From positions 1 through 64,000 of the IMG/VR virus record IMGVR_UViG_3300030406_003049: a stretch of DNA of 64,000 nucleotides, one strand, 5' to 3'. Source of the stretch: a virus. The notes beneath the pieces were generated by a model that saw only the letters and a program-made list of their open reading frames with translations, had not been told where the DNA came from and made no database searches. Each line of letters opens with the position of its first letter. The first letter of the stretch is position 1. Below, piece after piece: positions 30,010-38,877 of this stretch. The translations under genes and the position numbers were made by a program.

Positions 30010-31632
30010 TCAAACTTCCAACTCCTTCGCCTTGAATGCGGCTAATCTAATGGCCTCTCTAGCACTAGCAGTAATACTAGCGGCTAAATCTACATCAGCC
30101 CAACCAAATCCTTGAAACGCAAGAACACCATAGAAAGAACTCATTAGTCGCTTAACCGCCATTTGATTATTATACCACTTTTGATATTCTTCTTTGTTGT
30201 TTGCACCCTTCATTCTTTTCTTGTAATCGTTTCTTAACTCCCTTAGTTCAATTACTGCTCTAGGTAATACTCCTAATTCATCTGTGTTGTAGTATAGCAT
30301 TTGTGTTTGTTTGACTTCGCTAAAATCTCTAGGAGTTAGAATATTAACTCCAAAATCTGTGGGTTCTTTTGACTTAGTTTCCCAAGATATATTTCTAGCC
30401 ATCATCATACTAGGATATAGTTGAGCAAAGTCAAATGCCGCTACATTAAGATGTAAACCATTAGTATTCTCACTAAGCGGGTCATAAATCATAGCCCCTT
30501 GATATTCTTTTCTATCGGCACTTTTGATACCTGTTGGTGCTTTCCACCAAGCATTTCTCATAAAGTAAATAGAACCCATATGTGAAGCATAGAAGCAAGC
30601 CTTGAAAGGTGCTTTTAGTAATCTTTGTAATGATAATATTGCTTCACTACAATAGTTTGATTCATCTATTCTAACTAAGAGTTCTACATCTACTAAGGCA
30701 TAATGTAAGTATGCTTTTGTATCTTCTAGCCATGCTCTACGATAAAATTCGTTAGGGTCTTCAAACTTAGTCTCCATCACCTTTCCTTCATTAAATAATA
30801 TCTTAGAAACATAGTCAAGACTTAGCGAGGGTAGCGTTCCTCTTTGCGAATCATTCCATTGTCTTTCAAATGCTAAGTCTAAGTTAAGAGTTAGTCTTCC
30901 ACCAATAGGTTGTTCAATAGGTGAATAACCATCTTGTCTCTTAAAACTACAACCTTTCTTAAGTTGCTTAACTCCATCTATCTTATGATAAGGCGACATA
31001 ACTAAAGGATTCAAGCCTAAAGCACATGCCCTATCTAATAACTTAGGTAAGTCAAACTTAAGACCAAACCATGCAATCAACATATCGGGGTCTTTAGCAA
31101 TCATAGTTCCCATAAAGTGTTCTATCATTTCTTTTTCATTATCAAAACGATAATTGTCATTTCCTTCATAATCAGGAAACCATGCCCACTGATAATACAG
31201 TTCATCGTAATTATCATACACTACAATAGTAGTAATACAACCGTCATGTTCTCCGCCTTGCGCCCATTCCATATCCCAATACCACTTACGCATATTATAT
31301 TCGGGCATTTCATTAACTTCATCAACTGCATATCTAAATGTATAAGGCACATCAGCCTCATAAGTTTTAGTAAAGACTTGCCTAGCACCATTTATGTCAT
31401 ATGACTTTTCAACATATACTCTTTTTAGTGATTCGCCTTCTAAGTTTTTCCAATCCCCTTCTTCGTATTCAAATTTACCCTTAGTATATTTATTCAAAGA
31501 ATAAGTTGGTATTTCTTTTTCATCTGCTAAAACATAGAAGTATGGTCTAAACTCTACTTCTTCGCTTTTCTTTACTCCGTTTTCTCTCCAAGATTTGTAT
31601 ATTGTATTTCCATTTTTATTACTAATTATCAT
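30010..31632 (-). CDS. polB: Family B DNA polymerase, N-terminal subunit (exonuclease plus motifs A/B)
   Basis: ExoI 'WDME', ExoII 'KFDL', ExoIII 'YALVD', motif A 'DFAQLYPS', motif B 'KRLMSSFYG'; ends before motif C. Confidence 0.92.
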   Translation of the reverse strand: MIISNKNGNTIYKSWRENGVKKSEEVEFRPYFYVLADEKEIPTYSLNKYTKGKFEYEEGDWKNLEGESLKRVYVEKSYDINGARQVFTKTYEADVPYTFRYAVDEVNEMPEYNMRKWYWDMEWAQGGEHDGCITTIVVYDNYDELYYQWAWFPDYEGNDNYRFDNEKEMIEHFMGTMIAKDPDMLIAWFGLKFDLPKLLDRACALGLNPLVMSPYHKIDGVKQLKKGCSFKRQDGYSPIEQPIGGRLTLNLDLAFERQWNDSQRGTLPSLSLDYVSKILFNEGKVMETKFEDPNEFYRRAWLEDTKAYLHYALVDVELLVRIDESNYCSEAILSLQRLLKAPFKACFYASHMGSIYFMRNAWWKAPTGIKSADRKEYQGAMIYDPLSENTNGLHLNVAAFDFAQLYPSMMMARNISWETKSKEPTDFGVNILTPRDFSEVKQTQMLYYNTDELGVLPRAVIELRELRNDYKKRMKGANNKEEYQKWYNNQMAVKRLMSSFYGVLAFQGFGWADVDLAASITASAREAIRLAAFKAKELEV

Positions 31633-31641
31633 TTACATTCC

Positions 31642-32415
31642 TCAATTTGCTAAGTGCGGTGCTTTAATCAAGAGTTTATTCTCCGATATAATTAACATCG
31701 GGAAATCATCTTTGACATAAAAGTTCAACATTTCATTGTCAAACAATACATGTAATGGGCTAGAAAAATCTAGCGTTGCTGATTCTCCGATACTATTTTC
31801 TAAGTCAATAGAAGTTTCAAACTTATTTGAGTTAGTAGTAGCACTAGACATTGATAATTTATTCTTATCATGTTCATAGTTTAAGTGATAAATACCACTA
31901 CCAATTAACTCACAAAGTTTCATAGTCTCACTAAATGTATTTGAGTCTAATTGAAATGCGCCCTCAAACTTTGATTTGTTAAATTCAAACAAAGTTTCTA
32001 TGTTTTCTTCGTAATGAACATCAATAACATATTGACCCATACGATTCAATGTGTCCATGTTAGGGTGATTCGCAATAGTAGGTTGTGAAAGTTTACTATT
32101 ATTGTTTGTCATAGTAATAACATCATCACACTTTACTACTACATCACCACTAAACTTCTTTAGATATTTTAGCAACTCTCCGGTTTCACCTACAACTGTT
32201 CCGTCTTCTTCGCCTTCAACTGTCAAATCAACTTTAACTATTAATGAATTAATAGTGTCGCAATTCCACAAACTTAGTGTATTATTGTGCAATCTACCAT
32301 AAAAGTTCTCTATTAGACTACTACTAGTTAGACTTGCACCGTTGAAGTATTTTCCTTTCAATTGTATATCTGTTAGTGCTTTAACTAAGTCTTTTGCATC
32401 TACTGTAAATTTCAT
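31642..32415 (-). CDS. pcn: DNA sliding clamp (PCNA-like)
   Basis: 257 aa, two-domain pattern, C-terminal 'DDFPM...LLIKAP'; adjacent to polB. Confidence 0.7.
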   Translation of the reverse strand: MKFTVDAKDLVKALTDIQLKGKYFNGASLTSSSLIENFYGRLHNNTLSLWNCDTINSLIVKVDLTVEGEEDGTVVGETGELLKYLKKFSGDVVVKCDDVITMTNNNSKLSQPTIANHPNMDTLNRMGQYVIDVHYEENIETLFEFNKSKFEGAFQLDSNTFSETMKLCELIGSGIYHLNYEHDKNKLSMSSATTNSNKFETSIDLENSIGESATLDFSSPLHVLFDNEMLNFYVKDDFPMLIISENKLLIKAPHLAN

Positions 32416-33173
32416 ATTGTTCCCTCTCTTAATTCTTTAATTCCATTCCATGTAATATTAGGTGGCGTTCCTTGTCTTACTGTCCACTTAGAACCAACAA
32501 GTTTACCATTTGTTCTACTACCCATAAGTTCAGCAAAGAAATGCGTTTCGCCCTTTACTTTCTTTTTTGAACAATAGATTTCTTGTTCAAGTTTACCGCC
32601 CCATTCTTTCCACATAGGAATCATACCAACGGCTACATTGTCCAAATATCTTTCAGTTTCGTGGGTAATAAAAATACAATCGCAATTTAGATTGTAAATT
32701 GTTTCTAATAAATAGTAGAACAATTTATTTCTATTACCATATTGAAACGGCATAATTTTTGTTACGACTCTAGGATTAGGATTGACTTTTAGCATACAAG
32801 CGTCTAGCCAAGTATCTACTCCATCAATAACAAATATTGGGTTTTCACCATTCTTTATTGATTCTTTAGCATGGTTTATGAATTGTAAAGAACGGTCTTC
32901 ACTTTCATTAATGTCAATAATATTATCTTTAGTCATAACAATAGGACAGAATACTTCTATTCTTTCCGTTGCGTTATGGTGTTGATACCAAGTAGACTCA
33001 ACTCCTCTATCCCAATCTAAAACAAATATCTTCCTATCGGGGAAGTCTAACGCTAAACCAGTTTTACCTGTTTTTGGTTCACCCCAAATACCTAATACCA
33101 TTCTTGATTTCATGCTCTCTCTCATTTTCTTTAGTAATTCACTAAAGTTTATTTTTTCTTTTCTAAAACTCAT
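32412..33173 (-). CDS. RecA-fold ATPase (Sak4/AAA_24/RadA-like)
   Basis: 'GEPKTGKT', 'LDWDRG', 'VIDG', 'FITH'. Confidence 0.75.
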   Translation of the reverse strand: MSFRKEKINFSELLKKMRESMKSRMVLGIWGEPKTGKTGLALDFPDRKIFVLDWDRGVESTWYQHHNATERIEVFCPIVMTKDNIIDINESEDRSLQFINHAKESIKNGENPIFVIDGVDTWLDACMLKVNPNPRVVTKIMPFQYGNRNKLFYYLLETIYNLNCDCIFITHETERYLDNVAVGMIPMWKEWGGKLEQEIYCSKKKVKGETHFFAELMGSRTNGKLVGSKWTVRQGTPPNITWNGIKELREGTI

Positions 33174-33432
33174 AATTTTCACCTATCTCATTTCTTTCTA
33201 ATAATAATTCTGTTTCTTTCAATAATCCCCATGTGTTCAATATATGACACAACTCATCTTTGCCTTCACAAATATATCTTGTTTCCTTAGTTCCCACATG
33301 AAGTTTAATCCAATAACTATCTTTTTTGTTTTCATTTTCCTTCCAAGTAATGAAGTCCACTTTTTCTAAATCAATAATATAACTTTCATTCTTAAGAAGG
33401 AATCTATCTTCTATAATTCCTTTTCTATACAT
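33163..33432 (-). CDS. Hypothetical protein
   Basis: Coupled ORF with GAGG RBS. Confidence 0.6.
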   Translation of the reverse strand: MYRKGIIEDRFLLKNESYIIDLEKVDFITWKENENKKDSYWIKLHVGTKETRYICEGKDELCHILNTWGLLKETELLLERNEIGENYEF

Positions 33433-33608
33433 TTTAAATCCTCTTAAAAAATAGGCATCGCACCTATCCGAGTGTCAATTGTCCGAACACAAGTTCACAC
33501 TTACACTTGCTATCTTATTACTCCCCACATGAAATCTGTAATGTCGCCAACACATCATACCCCAACTAAAACCCTTTACGACATTTCTAGGGGGGGAATA
33601 ATAGGAAT

Positions 33609-33929
33609 TTACTGCTCCGAAAGCCAATATTCTTTTGTAATGAATGACTTATCTACTCTAACTAATACATCACCAACAACTCTAGGTGCTAGTGATTCTA
33701 GTTGCATATTAGCCAAGTAGTTATCTTTTAGACCATGTAAAAGTCCTTCTTCATTTACAATCATATCTTTTATTTCGGGAGTTAAATATACATTAGGCAT
33801 GTATTCAATACGGCCTCCTACTGCCTTTTGCATTTGCTCTAGTGTTGGTTTGTCTTCAAACACTTCACCCTTCAAACGCCAAAGGCAATTATCCTCAACT
33901 TTAATTTCTACCCATATATCATTACTCAA
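33609..33929 (-). CDS. DUF3846-like protein
   Basis: 'LEQMQKAVGGRIE...VNEEGL...N...VVGDV'. Confidence 0.7.
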   Translation of the reverse strand: MSNDIWVEIKVEDNCLWRLKGEVFEDKPTLEQMQKAVGGRIEYMPNVYLTPEIKDMIVNEEGLLHGLKDNYLANMQLESLAPRVVGDVLVRVDKSFITKEYWLSEQ

Positions 33930-33941
33930 ATAACCATCTCC

Positions 33942-35177
33942 TCAAAACCAAATATCTTCATCTTCAAAGACTGCATCGGTTTCTTCCGCTATTGGATTAC
34001 CAAAGGCTTCTTGAACTAACAAACCACTAGTGTTAATAGTAATTGGTTCAGCCTCTCCATCAATAATTCTTTGAGAAGTTCTACCGACAACAATGACGGT
34101 TGAACCGATACCAAAGTTGATATTGATATGTTCGGGAATCCAACATGTAGTTGCTAAGTTGTCTTCATCGGATTCTGTCAATTCCATATCGCTCGCTTTA
34201 TCAGTAATAGATAAGATTCTATTACCATTAGCAGTCGGTGTCATTCTTTGATTAACAACTGTTCCTTCAACGATAGCGAACCTGTCTTTGGTTGCTTCCA
34301 TCTGTAAGTTAGTATGTAGTCTATCCAAATCAACAAGCGGTGTTGCATTCTTAATGTAGTTTTCAAACAAACAAGATGAAAAGTCAAAAGAACTCATATC
34401 CCTATAATCACTATTATCGGGGTTTACATCTTCGTTTCTAATCAAACTATCTTTGGTAGCCATAGTCATACCATACAAGTTTGCCCCATCATCACTAGGA
34501 ATAGCCTTGAAATGAACCCAATCAAAAGTATCGGGTGCAAAATCAATTCCTCCTTGATTCTTATAAGAGAAGTAGTAAGACTTCATTTCTCCGCCATCAA
34601 CGCTTCCAAAGAAAATTCCATTTCTTCTAAACTCATTCTTAGGCAAAGGCTTACCATATCTCTTATTTTCAGTTCCGCTTGCATAGTTAGGCATATTATC
34701 CAACGGGATAATTATTGTCCCATCTTCAAGTTCTTCTGCTCCATCAACAAGAGTCTTAGCAACCTTTTCTTGGTAGTCGCCTTTGTAGTATCTAGCAATT
34801 GTAAAGGTTCCATCATCGTTTTCGGTAGCGGTTGCTACTATTCCTTCTTCCAAAGCCTTATCATTATCTCGCAAGAACTCCTCTTTTGCCTTGTTTCTGC
34901 TCCAACTCATCATATCTCTTGGTGCTTCCAAACTTACAAAGAAACCAAATGCGCTCTTAACTAAACTGTTAGAACCGCTATTGTTGTTTGTTGTCTTTGC
35001 TTTCATGTTTCCACGCACATAGTTTCTAAGAAGTGATACCGCTATATCGCTATCAACTTCTACTCCGTTCTCTTCGCAAAAAGAACGGTATATTACTACC
35101 ATTTCGTCGGTAGTGATATTTAGGTGCTTTGCTCCAATCTCTATTTCTTTCATTATTTTTTCTGGTATATCTTTCAT
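33942..35177 (-). CDS. Putative OB-fold ssDNA-binding protein (RPA-like)
   Basis: C-terminal OB-like strands 'AIVEGTVV...VIVVGRT', acidic tail ending DEDIWF; replication context. Confidence 0.55.
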   Translation of the reverse strand: MKDIPEKIMKEIEIGAKHLNITTDEMVVIYRSFCEENGVEVDSDIAVSLLRNYVRGNMKAKTTNNNSGSNSLVKSAFGFFVSLEAPRDMMSWSRNKAKEEFLRDNDKALEEGIVATATENDDGTFTIARYYKGDYQEKVAKTLVDGAEELEDGTIIIPLDNMPNYASGTENKRYGKPLPKNEFRRNGIFFGSVDGGEMKSYYFSYKNQGGIDFAPDTFDWVHFKAIPSDDGANLYGMTMATKDSLIRNEDVNPDNSDYRDMSSFDFSSCLFENYIKNATPLVDLDRLHTNLQMEATKDRFAIVEGTVVNQRMTPTANGNRILSITDKASDMELTESDEDNLATTCWIPEHININFGIGSTVIVVGRTSQRIIDGEAEPITINTSGLLVQEAFGNPIAEETDAVFEDEDIWF

Positions 35178-35190
35178 ATTTTTTTCCTCC

Positions 35191-36105
35191 TTAGATTAAT
35201 TGTCCAACTATCCATGAAATTATTATTTTAGGGGTCATGGCGGTTGAACGATATTCTCCTTCCCCTATTACCCTAAGAAGTTGAAACTTCTTAGCGGAAT
35301 CTAAACCATCGGCAGTTAAAACCGAATTATGAAGTCCTAAACAAATCTCTTTCACGCTTCTTCCTCCATACAAAATGTCATGTAATTTGTCTAATGTTTC
35401 ATTCGGTTTTTTATCAATTATTAATTTTAATATTTCATCAAACTCTTTCAATGAATCCTGCATCTGTTTTTTCAGCGTAAAGTTTGAGGCTCTTGCCGCT
35501 TGAATCTCGGTAATCGCCCTGCGTAAATCACCATCTAATTGATATATAAAGCGAGCCAAGTCTTCATCAGCGAATCCTTCAACTCCTTCTTTCTCAAGAA
35601 TATCCTTGATAACTTCAAGGACAACTTCATTCTTCAATGGATTAAACCTATAATTAGCACATCTACTTTGAAGCGGAAATATAATCTTAGACTTATCATT
35701 ACAAGTAATGATGAATCTAATATTACTAGCATATCTTTCCATAATTCTTTTCATGGCGTTTTGTGCGTCATTAGTCATTCCATCTAACTCATCTAATAGC
35801 ATAATTCTAAATGGTGCATCACCAATAGTTCCGCTTTGTGCTACTTGTTTGATTGTAGTTCTTACAGTTTCTAGTCTTCTATCATCACTAGCATTTACTT
35901 CAAAGAAGTTATCTTTGAATAAATCTCCTAACATAGACTTAGCAAGTGCAATTGCCGCACCTGTCTTACCTGTTCCTTGCATTCCATAAGCAAGAACATT
36001 AGGCATATTATTTTCTAATACCCATTGTTCTGCATCTAATACAAAATGCTCTTGTCCTACAATATCACTTAATTTACTTGGTCTGTATTTTTCTGTCCAT
36101 AACAT
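35191..36105 (-). CDS. rfcS: Replication factor C small subunit
   Basis: 'WTEKYRP', 'GTGKT', 'NASDDR', 'LDELD', 'LQSRC', 'GDLRRAI'. Confidence 0.95.
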   Translation of the reverse strand: MLWTEKYRPSKLSDIVGQEHFVLDAEQWVLENNMPNVLAYGMQGTGKTGAAIALAKSMLGDLFKDNFFEVNASDDRRLETVRTTIKQVAQSGTIGDAPFRIMLLDELDGMTNDAQNAMKRIMERYASNIRFIITCNDKSKIIFPLQSRCANYRFNPLKNEVVLEVIKDILEKEGVEGFADEDLARFIYQLDGDLRRAITEIQAARASNFTLKKQMQDSLKEFDEILKLIIDKKPNETLDKLHDILYGGRSVKEICLGLHNSVLTADGLDSAKKFQLLRVIGEGEYRSTAMTPKIIISWIVGQLI

Positions 36106-36329
36106 TACAAAGCCTCCAATTTAGATTCTATTTCTTTAACTAATTTATACATAATTTCACTTAGCCAACCATAAGGTTCTTGAATATTAACCTCTCCTAT
36201 ATTATCTAAAATATCAGTAATATAGCCTTCTGCTCTACTAGCCCATTCGTGCAGTTCTTCAAGTTGTTCGGCTTCATATGCTTTTGATTTTAGTTCTTCG
36301 CTTTTTCTTTCTAATTCTTCACTTTTCAT
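36105..36329 (-). CDS. Hypothetical protein
   Basis: GGAGG RBS; coupled ORF. Confidence 0.6.
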   Translation of the reverse strand: MKSEELERKSEELKSKAYEAEQLEELHEWASRAEGYITDILDNIGEVNIQEPYGWLSEIMYKLVKEIESKLEAL

Positions 36330-36572
36330 TTCTCTCCCTCCAATTCATCAATTAAATCAACTAACTGATTAAATGCGTGTTCATATTCTTTCTTTACTTC
36401 GTAAAGGTAGGCTATACGAGTAAGTCTCTTTATTATCTCTTTTTTCTTCATTTTTATTCCTCCTCAAATTTAATCAGTTCTTGTTCTATTGAATTATGCT
36501 CCGGCATTAATAGTCCTCCTAACCAATAAAGAAAACCTGCAAAAAATAATAATACTACTATTTCAAATCCCA

Positions 36573-36815
36573 TTATTTATTCCTCCTATTGCTCCATGTA
36601 GCCTGTTTGGTGGCTTTACTAAATCCTGTCTTCTTGAAGTGGCGACCTAACATACTACCTAATTCAATAGTAGTCAATTCATATTTTACTCTATTAAAAG
36701 ACAAATCTTCTAAATCCACATATCCATGAACAATCTCAAATATTTCTCTTGTTGTCAAATTCTCTTTTTTATTTAATGTCTTCTCTATTCTTTTTCTAAT
36801 CATTTGCTTCACCAT
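36573..36815 (-). CDS. Small winged-helix protein (paralog 1)
   Basis: 'LTTREIFEIVH...LTTIELGSML...TKQATW'; start uncertain. Confidence 0.6.
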   Translation of the reverse strand: MVKQMIRKRIEKTLNKKENLTTREIFEIVHGYVDLEDLSFNRVKYELTTIELGSMLGRHFKKTGFSKATKQATWSNRRNK

Positions 36816-37044
36816 ATTTTTTCCCCCATATAGTCTGTTTGGTTTGATTACAGAAACCAACTTTATTACAAGTGTGTCTCAATACCATTTGTAATTCATT
36901 CTTAGTCAATACATCTTTCTTTACCCTTCTACCTTCTTTTTTGGTAGTTGCATTATGTATTGCTTCGTATATTTCACCAGTAGTCATATTTCTATTTTCT
37001 ACCATCTCGCTTATTCTCATTTTTACTCTCTTTCTTTTTCTCAT
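36796..37044 (-). CDS. Small winged-helix protein (paralog 2)
   Basis: 'MTTGEIYEAIH...LTKNELQMVL...TKQTIW'; start uncertain. Confidence 0.6.
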   Translation of the reverse strand: MRKRKRVKMRISEMVENRNMTTGEIYEAIHNATTKKEGRRVKKDVLTKNELQMVLRHTCNKVGFCNQTKQTIWGKKYGEAND

Positions 37045-37264
37045 TATTTTCACCTTGTTTTTTATGATGATTACAATAGCCATCTACTACTATTGCTCTA
37101 CATCTTTTACCTGTGCCTTTAGATATGCCTTTACAGAAAAAATGTTCCGGTAAATTATCTCTATCACTAAGACACGATAAACAAATTTTAACTTTAGACT
37201 TAGACCTACAACCTAAGCCCTTCCCACATATTACACAACTATGGGCGTGTATTGTGTGTTTCAT
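36992..37264 (-). CDS. Cys/His-rich Zn-finger protein
   Basis: CVIC, CLSC, C-x8-RC-x7-CNHH. Confidence 0.6.
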   Translation of the reverse strand: MKHTIHAHSCVICGKGLGCRSKSKVKICLSCLSDRDNLPEHFFCKGISKGTGKRCRAIVVDGYCNHHKKQGENNEKKKESKNENKRDGRK

Positions 37265-38109
37265 AGAAAGTCCTCCAAAGATGAACCCTTCTTTTTTACA
37301 GTTGGTTTCTTCTTACGGACTTTCTTTTCACCTAAACCTAAATCTCTACATTGTGTATTGTTCAGTTTAGTTTTTGCATACTTAACAAAATCTTCATCAT
37401 TTGTTAATTGCTTGAATACTCTCTTGCTACCGTTCTTTATTCCTAATTTCTTAATTAAATATGAAGTCTTAGTGTATGGTCTATACTTAGGAAGATTGAA
37501 TCTACCGTAATGCTTACCATTATGAACATAGGCTAACATTTCATAGAAATAATCTTGACTCCATTTTCTTTTTACTTTAGCATCAATAAACAATAACTTG
37601 TTTGGGTGTAGATTTTCTCCCAACACATTCATTATTTGATAGTCTTTAGGTTTGTTTACCTTTAGAAGTTTAGCCATCATATCTCTATCACTTTCTCTTA
37701 GGTAATTATTAGCCAAAGTAAAAGTGTCCATGTGCATAGAATATGGTTCTTCACTTCTAGGAGCAAGTTCTTTTATTGAATCAAAAAGATGTTTGACTGT
37801 TCCTGCTCTTTTCATTTTACAAAGAGCCTTCACTTCCTTTGGAATATCCTTTTCGTTTATTGATGTGAAAATCAAACTACCTCTATATCTTCTAATTATA
37901 CGCAATAAAGATTCTTTTTGTGTATTATAATGTATATCTTCAATAATAAGTCCATTTTCAACATTAACAGAACTTGCGTCTATTTCTAATTCATCGCCAT
38001 ATAGAACCAAAGCATCTGGGAGCATTCCTTTAGCCATTGTTGTTTTTCCTGTTCCTGTTTTCCCTGTTATTATTATTGGTCTATTTCTATTCATATTTGT
38101 TAATCCCAT
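37261..38109 (-). CDS. Degenerate RFC large subunit-like AAA+ ATPase
   Basis: 'GKTGTGKTT', 'IIEDI'; close to rfcS. Confidence 0.6.
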   Translation of the reverse strand: MGLTNMNRNRPIIITGKTGTGKTTMAKGMLPDALVLYGDELEIDASSVNVENGLIIEDIHYNTQKESLLRIIRRYRGSLIFTSINEKDIPKEVKALCKMKRAGTVKHLFDSIKELAPRSEEPYSMHMDTFTLANNYLRESDRDMMAKLLKVNKPKDYQIMNVLGENLHPNKLLFIDAKVKRKWSQDYFYEMLAYVHNGKHYGRFNLPKYRPYTKTSYLIKKLGIKNGSKRVFKQLTNDEDFVKYAKTKLNNTQCRDLGLGEKKVRKKKPTVKKKGSSLEDFL

Positions 38110-38507
38110 TACATAACCCCTTTTAATTTAAATAATTCTTCTAAGCCTTCTAATTGAAGATGCCTCGCTTCGGCAACTATTCTCACTGCCTTTTTAAAAT
38201 CAGCGAAGTTATTGTTAGCATCGGGCAACTTCACCAAGAAGTTATGAACCACTAATGCAATATTTTTAATTCCTGTAATTATCAAAATTGGTGTTGGCCG
38301 ACTTTTGTTTTGTTGCGCTTTGTATTTTGATTCTATCCCATACTGAATTAAACTTCTTTGTATGGCGTGTAAGAAATCAGCACTACCTCTAATATTAATA
38401 CTAAGTTTAGTTCTATATCCTATTAATATCTCATCGTTTTTTGTTATGCTGATGTGTCCGTTAGCCTTAGCAAGAAATATACCTGTTAGCATATCTTTAC
38501 TATACAT
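38109..38507 (-). CDS. Degenerate single-domain LAGLIDADG-fold protein
   Basis: 'LTGIFLAKANGHISI' in place of LAGLIDADG; C-terminal 'HLQLEGLEELFKLK' typical of the family. Confidence 0.6.
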   Translation of the reverse strand: MYSKDMLTGIFLAKANGHISITKNDEILIGYRTKLSINIRGSADFLHAIQRSLIQYGIESKYKAQQNKSRPTPILIITGIKNIALVVHNFLVKLPDANNNFADFKKAVRIVAEARHLQLEGLEELFKLKGVM

Positions 38508-38877
38508 TGGACTCAACCTCAAAGAATCCGATAAACTCATTTTCCACTTGCATGTAATCCATACCTTCTTTTAATAAATCACTAATGTATTGGCTATCGT
38601 CTTGAAAAGAACCTGCTAAAGCAATATTTAGATTAGTGTTGGCTACTCTACCAAATAGAGAAGCCATCTCGGAATCTTCTTTAGTTTCAATTACTGTTAT
38701 GTGTTTTTCAAAATCGTCTACCAAAACAACATTACTATTTATCTTAATTGCTACATATAAGCCCTTAGTTAAAATAAATAAATCCTCATCGGACATATCA
38801 CTATACACCGCAAAAGAAAAGATAGATACCTTACCAAATTTATTTATCATCAATTCTATTTCCGGTGGATTATTCAT
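38500..38877 (-). CDS. Hypothetical protein
   Basis: Coupled ORF. Confidence 0.65.
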   Translation of the reverse strand: MNNPPEIELMINKFGKVSIFSFAVYSDMSDEDLFILTKGLYVAIKINSNVVLVDDFEKHITVIETKEDSEMASLFGRVANTNLNIALAGSFQDDSQYISDLLKEGMDYMQVENEFIGFFEVESNV

